Below are positions 10,503-18,361 of a stretch of DNA of 64,000 bases, in pieces. Location: positions 4,867 through 68,866 of the forward strand of contig WHTS01000012.1 of the NCBI GenBank assembly GCA_009377585.1, given 5' to 3'. The notes beneath the pieces are model-generated. The model worked only from the letters and a program-made list of their open reading frames with translations. It was not told the origin of the DNA and made no database searches. Within the stretch, counting starts at the first letter, position 1; each line of letters opens with the position of its first letter. The stretch comes from Betaproteobacteria bacterium. Lineage in GTDB: Bacteria; Pseudomonadota; Gammaproteobacteria; Burkholderiales; WYBJ01. A program made the translations under genes and the position numbers.

Positions 10503-10985
10503 ATGGAGGAAGAGATGGCCGAACAGCCGCAATCCCTGCTGAGCGCAGCAGCGATCGCCGCGATGGCGGAGCGCAAGTTCCAGCACATGTTCAATGCCAA
10601 CGGGATCCGCATGACACGTTCCTTGAGCGACGCCTGCGGCTTGAAGCAGCTCGGCGTGCACCTGGTCCGGGTCGAGCCGGGGCGCGAATCGACCGAGTAT
10701 CACACCCATTCGCACGACGAGGAGTGGATCTACATCCTCTCGGGGCGCGCAATCGCCGAAATTGACGGGCGCAAGACCGAGGTCAAGGTCGGCGATTTCA
10801 TGGGCTTCGTCGCAGGTTCGGCGCCGCACACCATGAAGAACGAATCGACCGAGGATCTTGTGTATCTGGTCGGCGGCACCCGGCATGCCTACGACGTGGT
10901 CGACTATCCGCGCCGCGGCATCCGCTCCTACAAGTACGACGGCAAGCGCGACAACGTTGACACGAAGAAGCTCGGGGTGGAATGA
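10503..10985 (+). CDS. Cupin-domain protein
   Basis: Cupin metal motif HTHSHDEEWIYILSG...GDFMGF...PH. 160 aa. An alternative start at ATG 10515 follows GGAGGA. Confidence 0.75.
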   Translation: MEEEMAEQPQSLLSAAAIAAMAERKFQHMFNANGIRMTRSLSDACGLKQLGVHLVRVEPGRESTEYHTHSHDEEWIYILSGRAIAEIDGRKTEVKVGDFMGFVAGSAPHTMKNESTEDLVYLVGGTRHAYDVVDYPRRGIRSYKYDGKRDNVDTKKLGVE

Positions 10986-10989
10986 CCTA

Positions 10990-11068
10990 CTCATTGCGAT
11001 GCGTGGGTGAGTGGAGTGCTCCCCAGGATTGGGTGGTGTGGGCCGATATATCCAGTCCGATCCGATCG
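10990..11068 (+). other. Degenerate remnant of the 3' end of an Rhs/YD-repeat core (ends ...GRYIQSDPI)
   Basis: Translates to ...SPGLGGVGRYIQSDPI, the xGRYIxxDPIG core junction motif. It is truncated right after DPI and has an in-frame TGA upstream. A 29-nt stretch, 11040..11068, is 27/29 identical to 12378..12406. Confidence 0.6.
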
Positions 11069-11223
11069 CAGTACGCGCACCTTCGACCCCGCCTGCTCCA
11101 TTGCAGCGAGCAGGCGCCTCCACTACACTGGCCGCCAACAGGTCGTACGGCGCGATCCCGCCTGAGTGGCTCTTGGCTTGCGGCGGCGGTCGCGGATTCG
11201 ATGCTTACAGCCCGGAGGGGAAC

Positions 11224-12267
11224 ATGAACGCGCCTACCGCAACTTCCGCAGCCACGCGTCCCGCCGCTGTCCGTTCTGACGCGCCGAAGTTCGAGCTCGA
11301 TCCGAAGTGGCCCAAGCCGTTGCCCGAGGGCTGGATCACCGGCCAGCTGCCCTGCGTGTACGTCGATCACAATGACAGTATCCTGATCGTCAATCGCGGC
11401 AACATCACCGACGAAGAACGCGAGACCTGCATCCAGGCACCGCCGGTGATGATCTTCGATCAGGGCGGCAACCTCGTCCACGCCTGGGGCGACTGGGACG
11501 TGATGCCCTCGACGCCGCACAGCTGCGCGGTGGATCGCGACAACAACGTGTGGGTTTCCGCCAACGGCGACGGCATGGTGCAGAAGTACACCTACGACGG
11601 CAAGCTGCTGCTGCAGATCGGCCAGAAAGGGGTGTTCGACACGGCCGACGGCGGCAAGAAAGGCCCGGGGCTCAATGCGGCGCACGATCGCTTCAACAAG
11701 CCGGCCGGCATCGCCTGCGATCCGGCCAACGGCGACGTCTACTTCGCCGACGGCTACGGCAACCGCCGCGTGGTCGTGTTCGACAAGGACGGCAAATACC
11801 TGCGCCAGTGGGGACGGCAGGCGACGCCGGAAGAGATGGAAGCCGGCGTGGGCGGCGCGTTCGCCGAGGTGGTGCACAGCGTCGATATCGGCAACGACGG
11901 GCTGGTCTACGTGGGCGACCGCCAGGGAGACCGTGTCCAGGTGTTCGACAAGCAGGGCAACTTCAAGCGCAATATCTGGGTACGCACTGGCACGCCGCAG
12001 CTTCCCGACAAGCGCGGCACCGCGTGGTGGACGGCGTTCTCACGCGATGCGTCACAGAAATATCTGTACGTGATGAACGGGCGCAACGAGCAGGTGCACA
12101 TCCTCGATCGCGAGAGCGGGGAGATCCTGTCGAGCTTCGGCCGGCCGGGCCACCAGCTGGGCGATTTCACCCATGGGCACAGCATCGCGGTCGATACGCG
12201 CGGTAATCTGTACGTGGCGGAAACGAATTGGGGCCGGCGCGTGCACCGCTTCCGCCCGGCTGGCTAA
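11224..12267 (+). CDS. NHL-repeat beta-propeller protein (peptidyl-alpha-hydroxyglycine alpha-amidating lyase-like)
   Basis: ATG 11224 after GGAGGGG. Repeated NHL-type blades (VDRDNNVWVSANGDGMVQKYTYDGK, IACDPANGDVYFADGYGNRRVVVFDKDGK, VDIGNDGLVYVGDRQGDRVQVFDKQG, IAVDTRGNLYVAE). Confidence 0.8.
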   Translation: MNAPTATSAATRPAAVRSDAPKFELDPKWPKPLPEGWITGQLPCVYVDHNDSILIVNRGNITDEERETCIQAPPVMIFDQGGNLVHAWGDWDVMPSTPHSCAVDRDNNVWVSANGDGMVQKYTYDGKLLLQIGQKGVFDTADGGKKGPGLNAAHDRFNKPAGIACDPANGDVYFADGYGNRRVVVFDKDGKYLRQWGRQATPEEMEAGVGGAFAEVVHSVDIGNDGLVYVGDRQGDRVQVFDKQGNFKRNIWVRTGTPQLPDKRGTAWWTAFSRDASQKYLYVMNGRNEQVHILDRESGEILSSFGRPGHQLGDFTHGHSIAVDTRGNLYVAETNWGRRVHRFRPAG

Positions 12268-12363
12268 CACGCCACTTGCGCGCATCCGGCGTTGGGGCTG
12301 GCTGCGCAGCGTTCGGCGGTGTGATGCTCTACGCGTTTCGGGCTGCTGGCCGATACGTTGTAA

Positions 12364-12819
12364 GCAGCTGCCACCCTGGGCCGATATTTCCAATCCGATC
12401 CGATCGGGCTCGCGGGCGGCATCAATACCTATGCATATGTTCAAAGCAATCCGCTGACTTGGATCGACCCGGATGGTCGCCAGAGCAGAGAAGGAAGAGA
12501 ACGTCCGAGTGATCGAACCCCGCGAGACCGACCCGATGGGCCGTATGGTCCCATTGGTCAGGCAAGCACTGATCCTTCAAAAGTACCCACGCCCTCGGTG
12601 CCTTCGACGTCACTGGTTCCGACGACGTTCCAGGCATGCATGGCGAAAAATCTCGCCGACTGTCCACTCGCTGTAGTGGGTTCGTGCGCGCCAATCTGTG
12701 CAATTGCCGCTCCGACCGGACCTGGGGCATTAGGCTGCGCGATCGGATGCGCATGCACCATCAGCTACACGTGTTATGAGCTTAGCCGGATGCAGTGTAA
12801 CTACTTATCTGGCCGATAG
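12364..12819 (+). pseudogene. Orphan, 5'-truncated Rhs-family C-terminal cassette: core junction plus an unrecognised Cys-rich C-terminal tip
   Basis: The frame opens right after a TAA at 12361..12363 and has no plausible start. It encodes [38 protein letters not shown] (RHS repeat-associated core junction). This is followed by about 113 aa: an R/P/S/T-rich linker, then a hydrophobic tail with 9 Cys. Further degenerate core-like sequence lies in another frame at about 12320..12363. Local GC is clearly below the window average. Confidence 0.75.
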
Positions 12820-12838
12820 TCGTTCAGGGGACGACTCG

Positions 12839-13183
12839 ATGGTTACGATTCGAAAACGCGTTTACTTCAAGTGCCCGAAGTGTGGTCATGCGACGAGCTA
12901 TGCTCTTCAAATCGCCGGAGAGAAAAATAGCTACGTGTGCGAGCGCTGCAGTTCCATTTCGACCCCGAGGAACTATCTGCTCGCAAGCTTTGTTTACGGG
13001 GCGGTCCTCGGCGGGCTCATGGGCGTTATAGCCTATTGGATCTTTACTCGGCATCTGTTCACCGCATCGCCGGCGTTCGCGATATTGGCCGCCGTGCCTA
13101 TCGGGTTAATTCTTGCATGGCTTGTTGCGCCAATCCTGTCGCGAGTGTTTTACCGATGGACCTTGATAAAACCAGGTTCGTAG
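12839..13183 (+). CDS. Small membrane protein with N-terminal zinc ribbon; putative immunity protein for the adjacent Rhs tip
   Basis: ATG 12839 after AGGGGA, 20 nt after the toxin stop. CPKCGH...CERC zinc ribbon, then two or three hydrophobic helices (LLASFVYGAVLGGLMGVIAYWIF; AFAILAAVPIGLILAWLVAPIL). Low GC, like the toxin tip. Confidence 0.6.
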   Translation: MVTIRKRVYFKCPKCGHATSYALQIAGEKNSYVCERCSSISTPRNYLLASFVYGAVLGGLMGVIAYWIFTRHLFTASPAFAILAAVPIGLILAWLVAPILSRVFYRWTLIKPGS

Positions 13184-13288
13184 CGACGAAGGTCCAGTAA
13201 CGGGCAATCGCGGCGATGGACTGGCGTAATGCATCCTGAGTGGTCTCGTTGGGCGCCTGAGTTTTGCGAAGGACGAGGCAGTGCTGCG

Positions 13289-14218
13289 TCAAGGCTGCGA
13301 TTCAGCGTCATCGTCGCCCAAGAGCTTGCCCTGCTCGGGCCCGCGCTCATGGCGAATGACCTGCACGATGCTGTAGATGGCCTTGAGCTTGCCGAGCTCG
13401 ATCCACTGGCGGATCTGTAGCTTCACGTGCAGGATGTCGTTCTTACGGAAAGCCGCCTCGCCCGACTGCACGGCGTGCATGAAGGCTTCATCCTCGATCG
13501 CGACGTAAATCGTGCGGCTGCCATCGGAAACGCGCCACTTGTTCTCTTCCTCGAACGAAGGCGCGACGATGGTGACGCGCGTGTCGGTGACGGAGATCGT
13601 CTCGCCCTCGTGCTCGGTCGGGGCGACGAAGGCGGGGAAGTCGTCGCGCGTGACCTCGACGGTGTCTTTGCCCTTATGGCGGACCTTGAAGAGGTCGATG
13701 CCGCGGCTCTTGAGCGGCTCGACGATGCGCTCGACTGCTTTGCGGGCGCGCAGATTCTTGAACAGCTCCCACACGCGCCGGTCGACGCTGACGGGTTCGG
13801 CATCGCCTTCGAAGGTGATCTTCACCCGTTCGGTATGCTCGACGGTGACGGAGGTGGTTCTCCGACCGCGGCCATGCTTGATGAGCTGGAACAGGCCGAA
13901 CCCTGTGCCGAGGACACCGGAAATCCCGAGGATCTGGAAGAGGTTCGCCCAGGCGCTCGCCTCGCTGCTGCCGAAGAGACTGACGATCTGCTGATAGAAA
14001 GTGGCGAGCTCGAGGCTGACCTCGAAAGAACCCTGCTCGAAGCCGGCGCGCACGCGAAGCCGGATCTGCACCTCGGGCGGCAAGGCCAGGTCGTGGGCCT
14101 CGTCGAAGAGCTCGGCGAGCGCGAGCAGCGCCGGTGCCAGATCCTTCGCGTCAATCGCGCCTTCGGCGACATCCTCCCCGTCGTACACGATGCTGAAGCG
14201 TGCATCGTCTGCCGCCAT
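13289..14218 (-). CDS. Hypothetical protein, 309 aa, no recognisable domain (last gene of the XRE-ORF6N operon)
   Basis: Long ORF with good coding character, 27 nt downstream of the ORF6N gene. Acidic N-terminal region, one Gly-rich hydrophobic segment (ANLFQILGISGVLGTGFGLFQLI) followed by KHGRGRR, and a beta-rich charged C-terminal half. Confidence 0.7.
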   Translation of the reverse strand: MAADDARFSIVYDGEDVAEGAIDAKDLAPALLALAELFDEAHDLALPPEVQIRLRVRAGFEQGSFEVSLELATFYQQIVSLFGSSEASAWANLFQILGISGVLGTGFGLFQLIKHGRGRRTTSVTVEHTERVKITFEGDAEPVSVDRRVWELFKNLRARKAVERIVEPLKSRGIDLFKVRHKGKDTVEVTRDDFPAFVAPTEHEGETISVTDTRVTIVAPSFEEENKWRVSDGSRTIYVAIEDEAFMHAVQSGEAAFRKNDILHVKLQIRQWIELGKLKAIYSIVQVIRHERGPEQGKLLGDDDAESQP

Positions 14219-14245
14219 GGAACTCCTCCCCTTCTTCTTAGCTGC

Positions 14246-14800
14246 TTACTTCTCCTGCGGATGCACGAAGCCGATCGGCCGTCGCCTGGGTACGGGCTCG
14301 GGCGGGGCCATGAGCTTCTTGATCGCGTCGAGGATCTCGAAGATCGTCTCGTCCTGGGTGTCGATGCGCTGCTCAAGGGCGGTGAGCTTGCGAGCAAGGG
14401 CCTTGTGCGTGGCGAGGACCTCGCGCATCTGCACGAAGGCGCGCACGACGTAGACGCCCATCTCGATGGCGCGAGGGCTGTTGAGCACGTTGGCGGCCTG
14501 GATTGCGCCATGTTCGGTGAAGGCGAAGGGAGTGAAGCGCGGGTCGCGGTGCTTCTGGGAACCGGTCGCAATTTGCGACCGGTTCAGCGTATCGAGCTCG
14601 GCACGGGTGAGCCGGAACATGAAGTCCTCGGGGAAGCGCTCGATGTTGCGCTTCACCTGCTCGTTGAGCCGTCGAGTTTCAACGCCATAGAGTGACGCGA
14701 GGTCGGCATCGAGGATGACCTTGTGGGCGCGTACGAGAAGGATGCGGCTGGTGATGGCCTCGACGGCGATCGCGACCGATGCTCGCTTCGATCCCGCCAT
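14246..14800 (-). CDS. ORF6N (KilA-N-like) DNA-binding domain protein with C-terminal coiled coil
   Basis: ILLVRAHKVILDADLASLYGVETRRLNEQVKRNIERFPEDFMFRLT...FTEHGAIQAANVLNS is the ORF6N pattern seen in phage and mobile-element proteins. 5-nt gap to the upstream XRE gene. Confidence 0.85.
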   Translation of the reverse strand: MAGSKRASVAIAVEAITSRILLVRAHKVILDADLASLYGVETRRLNEQVKRNIERFPEDFMFRLTRAELDTLNRSQIATGSQKHRDPRFTPFAFTEHGAIQAANVLNSPRAIEMGVYVVRAFVQMREVLATHKALARKLTALEQRIDTQDETIFEILDAIKKLMAPPEPVPRRRPIGFVHPQEK

Positions 14801-14805
14801 GGGTC

Positions 14806-15198
14806 TCAGTGGCTCGTGCCTGCGAGCACGTCTTCGAGCATCTGAATGACGAGCGGCTGCTTGGCGCGGGGAAGCTGCGCGATGCGCTCCATCTGCTGCT
14901 GGAGCTTCGGTGCCGGCCCGCGTTTACCGGCCGCGCGCACGGGCTCGCCGAGGAGCTCTTCCACACCGACGTGGAGCGTGCGCGCCATTTGCACGACCAT
15001 CGACACTGGCGGGCGGGCGCGTCCCACCGCGTATTGGGGCAAGCGTTTGCTGGGCGATGCCGAGCTCGTCGGCGAGCGCCTGCTGCGACAGACCCTGGAC
15101 TTGCGTGCGGCGGCGAGCCGCGCGCCCAGGTCCTTGAAGAACTGCTGTTCCCCGGGGTTCATGGAAGGCGCTGCTGCAAGCTGCGAGGCGCTCAGCAT
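14806..15198 (-). pseudogene. XRE-family HTH regulator interrupted by two compensating 1-nt frameshifts
   Basis: Frame A gives MNPGEQQFFKDLGARLAAARKS... and ...QYAVGRARPPVSMVVQMARTLHVGVEELLGEP...KRGPAPKLQQQMERIAQLP. The HTH core QGLSQQALADELGIAQQTLA is encoded only in another frame, between the homopolymer sites 15097..15098 and 15036..15039. Confidence 0.7.
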
Positions 15199-15228
15199 AA
15201 GGCCGTGTCCGAGGAGGATGACCGACTC

Positions 15229-15245
15229 TACTCACAATGTGAGTA
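15229..15245. promoter_or_regulatory. Perfect palindrome TACTCACA-A-TGTGAGTA, candidate operator upstream of the XRE-ORF6N operon
   Basis: 8-bp inverted arms, 31 nt upstream of the first ATG (15198) of the XRE gene, within a lower-GC intergenic region. Confidence 0.5.
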
Positions 15246-15506
15246 ACTATATCGCAGAGCGATTGGTACTCAAAACCCTTTCGACAGCGTGCCAGGTCGG
15301 CGGCGAAACCGCACGAGACGGAGTGTGGCGCGGATTCGATCGTTAATCGCCGAAACGCATCTCTTGCCGCTTGCCGCCGGCGTTGCTCTTTGCTGGTTAA
15401 AGCGATCCTGGCCGAGTGCGCCTTCATTCTCGAGCTGCAAGCAACGGATGAATCAAGCAAAGTAGCCTCGACTACGACGCAAGCATGTCGGGTCAACTAT
15501 AGAGTA

Positions 15507-16016
15507 TCAGCGCTGCCTGCTGTGAGCGGGCGGTGTTGTATCAGGCGGCGTAATCATGCCTGCTCGCGCCGCGAACTTCTTGGCGGTGGGGTGATAGACG
15601 TAAGGCTGGTCGTCGACGAGCGCAAGAAATTCCGCGCGTGCCTGCACCGCGCGCTCGAAGGCGCCGCGTTCGCCGTACTTGCACACCGCGAAAGTCCTTG
15701 TTATTTGCTTACCGTCAGGACGTTTGAGCCGCGCCTGCCACGAACCCTGAGGCTGATTGTATGGGCGGATGAAGTGCACGCCGGGCACGCCGCTGGTATT
15801 GGACGAGCGAACGAGCTGATGAAATTCGCGCTTCGCGAGCGTGCGGGTTCGGGCGAGCACCCGATCGCGCCAGGCGATAGCGGCGGCCAGGGCCTTCTTC
15901 GAGCCCCCGCATCGAAGATCGTAGAAGCTCTTGTAGTAGGTCTTGCCGCGCCGGCGGATCGCGACCGCCCAACACCAGACGCTGGGTTTGGCTTGGATAC
16001 GGCTGATGGCGTACAT
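15507..16016 (-). CDS. AP2/ERF-type DNA-binding domain protein (two AP2-like repeats)
   Basis: Track ORF 15507..16220(-) trimmed to ATG 16016. Motifs WCWAVAIRRRGKTYYKSF and SGVPGVHFIRPYNQPQGSWQARLKRPDGKQITRTFAVCKYGERGAFERAVQAR are typical of bacterial AP2 domains. Confidence 0.7.
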   Translation of the reverse strand: MYAISRIQAKPSVWCWAVAIRRRGKTYYKSFYDLRCGGSKKALAAAIAWRDRVLARTRTLAKREFHQLVRSSNTSGVPGVHFIRPYNQPQGSWQARLKRPDGKQITRTFAVCKYGERGAFERAVQARAEFLALVDDQPYVYHPTAKKFAARAGMITPPDTTPPAHSRQR

Positions 16017-16054
16017 AACGATGCCGAACAGAATGGATCGGCTACACTCTCGCT

Positions 16055-18079
16055 TCAGTTGCCGGTTCGCGGGACGCGCTCCTCGAACTCGCGTTCGAAC
16101 ACGTTCGCATCGCCTTCGTAGGCTGCGAGCTTCCCGCGGATGACGAACTCCCGCTTGGTGCACGAGACCTGCGTCCGACTCTGCGTGCGGATGCGCCAGT
16201 CCCCGCGCTCGAACTCCCACGTCCAGTCCACTCTAGCGGTCGCGGACAGCGGATCGTCCTCGACCACGCAATAACGCTCGGTCGAGCGCGCTTCCGCGAT
16301 CAGATCGATCTCGTCGTAACGGTTGCGCCCGCTCGTATCGTGCACCTCGACCACGGTCAAACCCTTGCCTAGATCGGTCGTGATGACGCGATTGCGGCTG
16401 CCGGGCGTGAGCGCCGTGCGCGCGACCGGGGCAGCGGATTCCGGCGCCTTGAAGCGCGACAGTTTGCCGTCGGCGCGCGAGGCTGGCCGAATCGGCAGCT
16501 CGAGCGCGCTCTTTCCGGTGACGAGCGTGAGCGTTACCGGCTCGGGCGAAGGCCACACGAGTGGCCAATACGTGGTCGAGAGCGCGACCCGGATGCGGTG
16601 GCCCTTGGCGAACGAGTAGGCGCAGTCGATCAGATCGAAGCGCACCGTGTACTGCTTGCCCGGCGTGAGCCGGGCCACCTTGTCGGCGCCTTCACGATGC
16701 GTGAGGTTGAAGGTCTGGTACGTGACGCGAGTGGATGCGCCGTCGGGCGCGACATCGCACACGCGCACGCACACGAACGCGACCGGCCGATCGACCGAGA
16801 ACGTGAGCGTGACTGCGGGGGTGCCGAGGATCTCGAGATTCTTGCGCAGCCGCGCGCTGTCGAAGCAGATCGACTGGCCGTCGTCGGCGCGCTGATCGCC
16901 GGGAAGCTCCGGACTGGGCCCGTGCTGGAACCAGGGCATGAGCTCGCCGGCGCCAAGGCCGAGCGTCTGCGGCGATTTCCACGCAAGCTTGGCCGAGCGC
17001 CCGGCGCGTGCGTCGAGCGTGCCGCCGGCATTCATGAAAAAACGCTGTGGCCTGATGCGCGGGCTCGGCCATTGCGCTTCGCTCACCCAGCGCCCGGGCG
17101 ATTCGGCATAGAAGCTCTTGGCGGGCACCGAGCGCGGCATCCAGGCGATGAGTTTGGGATCGCGCGTGACGCCCGTGTCCCGGCCGCGCATCCAGTGGTC
17201 GTACCAGCGCAGCGCTTCCTGCAGGAAACCGATCGCGGGCCCGGGCATGCCGAGGTGCCCGTAACGATGGCCCCATGGCCCGATGAGGCCTTTGCACGGC
17301 GCCTCGAGCTTGCTCAGCGATTCGCTCACCGCCCCGACGTAGGCCCCGTCGGCCCAGCCGCTCACGGCGAAGAACGGCACCTTGATGCGTGCGTGGTCGA
17401 TCGCGCGGCTGCGCCAGTACTTGTCGAACCTCTGGTGCTTCAGCGCCGAGATGATCTGCGGCGTGTTGTTCTCCACGCGCGCCATCCACATTTCGCGCCA
17501 GCGGCTGCCGACCAGCGCCGGATCGGGTGGCCGCGACTTGTAGCCGAACACCTGGCTGGACCAGCGGATCGCTCGCAGGAGAAAACATCCGCCGCGATAG
17601 ACCTGACTGTAGCGAAAACGGTCGGGTGCATACGACTGCGCGATCACGGCCTTGAGCTGCGGCGGCGCGCGAAACGCCGTCTGTATGCCCTGAAAGCCGC
17701 CCCACGATATCCCGAACATGCCGACCTGGCCATCGCTCCATGGCTGTTGCGCGATCCAAGCGAGCACCTGCACGGTGTCTTCGGATTCGTCGCTCGTGGC
17801 GAACACGCCCTGGATGCCGTCGGAATCACCCGAGCCGCGAATGTCCACGCGCATCGTGGCATAGCCGTGGCCGGCGAAGTAGCGGTGATGCATGGCATCG
17901 CGCGGCGCGTAGATGTCACGCTTGCGATACGGAATGACCTCGATGATGGTCGGCACGCGCTGCGTCGATACGATATCGGGCAGCCACAGCTTGGCGGCCA
18001 GCCGCACCCCGTCGGGCATTGGAATCCAGCAATCTTCGGTTTCGGTGTACTTGTGGGGGAAGCGGGTGAGGGTTTTCAA
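16055..18079 (-). CDS. CocE/NonD-family (S15, X-Pro dipeptidyl-peptidase-like) alpha/beta hydrolase
   Basis: 674 aa. Motifs GYATMRVDIRGSGDSDG, the nucleophile elbow GMFGISWGG, and a C-terminal jelly-roll domain. TTG start. Confidence 0.88.
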   Translation of the reverse strand: MKTLTRFPHKYTETEDCWIPMPDGVRLAAKLWLPDIVSTQRVPTIIEVIPYRKRDIYAPRDAMHHRYFAGHGYATMRVDIRGSGDSDGIQGVFATSDESEDTVQVLAWIAQQPWSDGQVGMFGISWGGFQGIQTAFRAPPQLKAVIAQSYAPDRFRYSQVYRGGCFLLRAIRWSSQVFGYKSRPPDPALVGSRWREMWMARVENNTPQIISALKHQRFDKYWRSRAIDHARIKVPFFAVSGWADGAYVGAVSESLSKLEAPCKGLIGPWGHRYGHLGMPGPAIGFLQEALRWYDHWMRGRDTGVTRDPKLIAWMPRSVPAKSFYAESPGRWVSEAQWPSPRIRPQRFFMNAGGTLDARAGRSAKLAWKSPQTLGLGAGELMPWFQHGPSPELPGDQRADDGQSICFDSARLRKNLEILGTPAVTLTFSVDRPVAFVCVRVCDVAPDGASTRVTYQTFNLTHREGADKVARLTPGKQYTVRFDLIDCAYSFAKGHRIRVALSTTYWPLVWPSPEPVTLTLVTGKSALELPIRPASRADGKLSRFKAPESAAPVARTALTPGSRNRVITTDLGKGLTVVEVHDTSGRNRYDEIDLIAEARSTERYCVVEDDPLSATARVDWTWEFERGDWRIRTQSRTQVSCTKREFVIRGKLAAYEGDANVFEREFEERVPRTGN

Positions 18080-18361
18080 ATCGTGGGCTTGGGGGATGAT
18101 CGTGTGAGGCTTTCGATGCTATCAACAGCACGAGCCTGTGTACATGTCGCTCCGACATCGTGCGTGCGGTTCGCGGCGCGCGATTGCTATACTTGGCGCA
18201 ATCCTTCCTGGATGGGGAACGCGACATCCGCGCGGGTATACGCGAGGTCAAGGCGGGGTCGATCGCCGACGGCGGCAAGAAGCGACAGTTCGCCTACTGG
18301 GAAGACATCATGCGCAAGGTCGCGCAAAGCGGTCCAACGCAGAAGTCAGCAGGAGACATCG

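Noticed and set aside
11011-11223. Reading the Rhs junction remnant (GRYIQSDPI) and the NHL-repeat protein as one 418-aa Rhs-tip fusion, since they share a frame
   Set aside because: The junction motif breaks off right after DPI, and the intervening 50 codons look non-coding. A good RBS (GGAGGGG) precedes ATG 11224, and NHL/amidating-lyase-like proteins normally begin near the FELDPKWPKPLP segment. The open frame is most likely a high-GC coincidence.
13184-13288. Integrase or transposase remnants, tRNA genes or att-like repeats at the island borders (also checked 10986..11035 and 15199..15506, 16017..16054)
   Set aside because: No recognisable recombinase motifs, tRNA cloverleaf or matching terminal repeats were found by eye. 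Only the Rhs-core direct repeat and the operator palindrome stand out.
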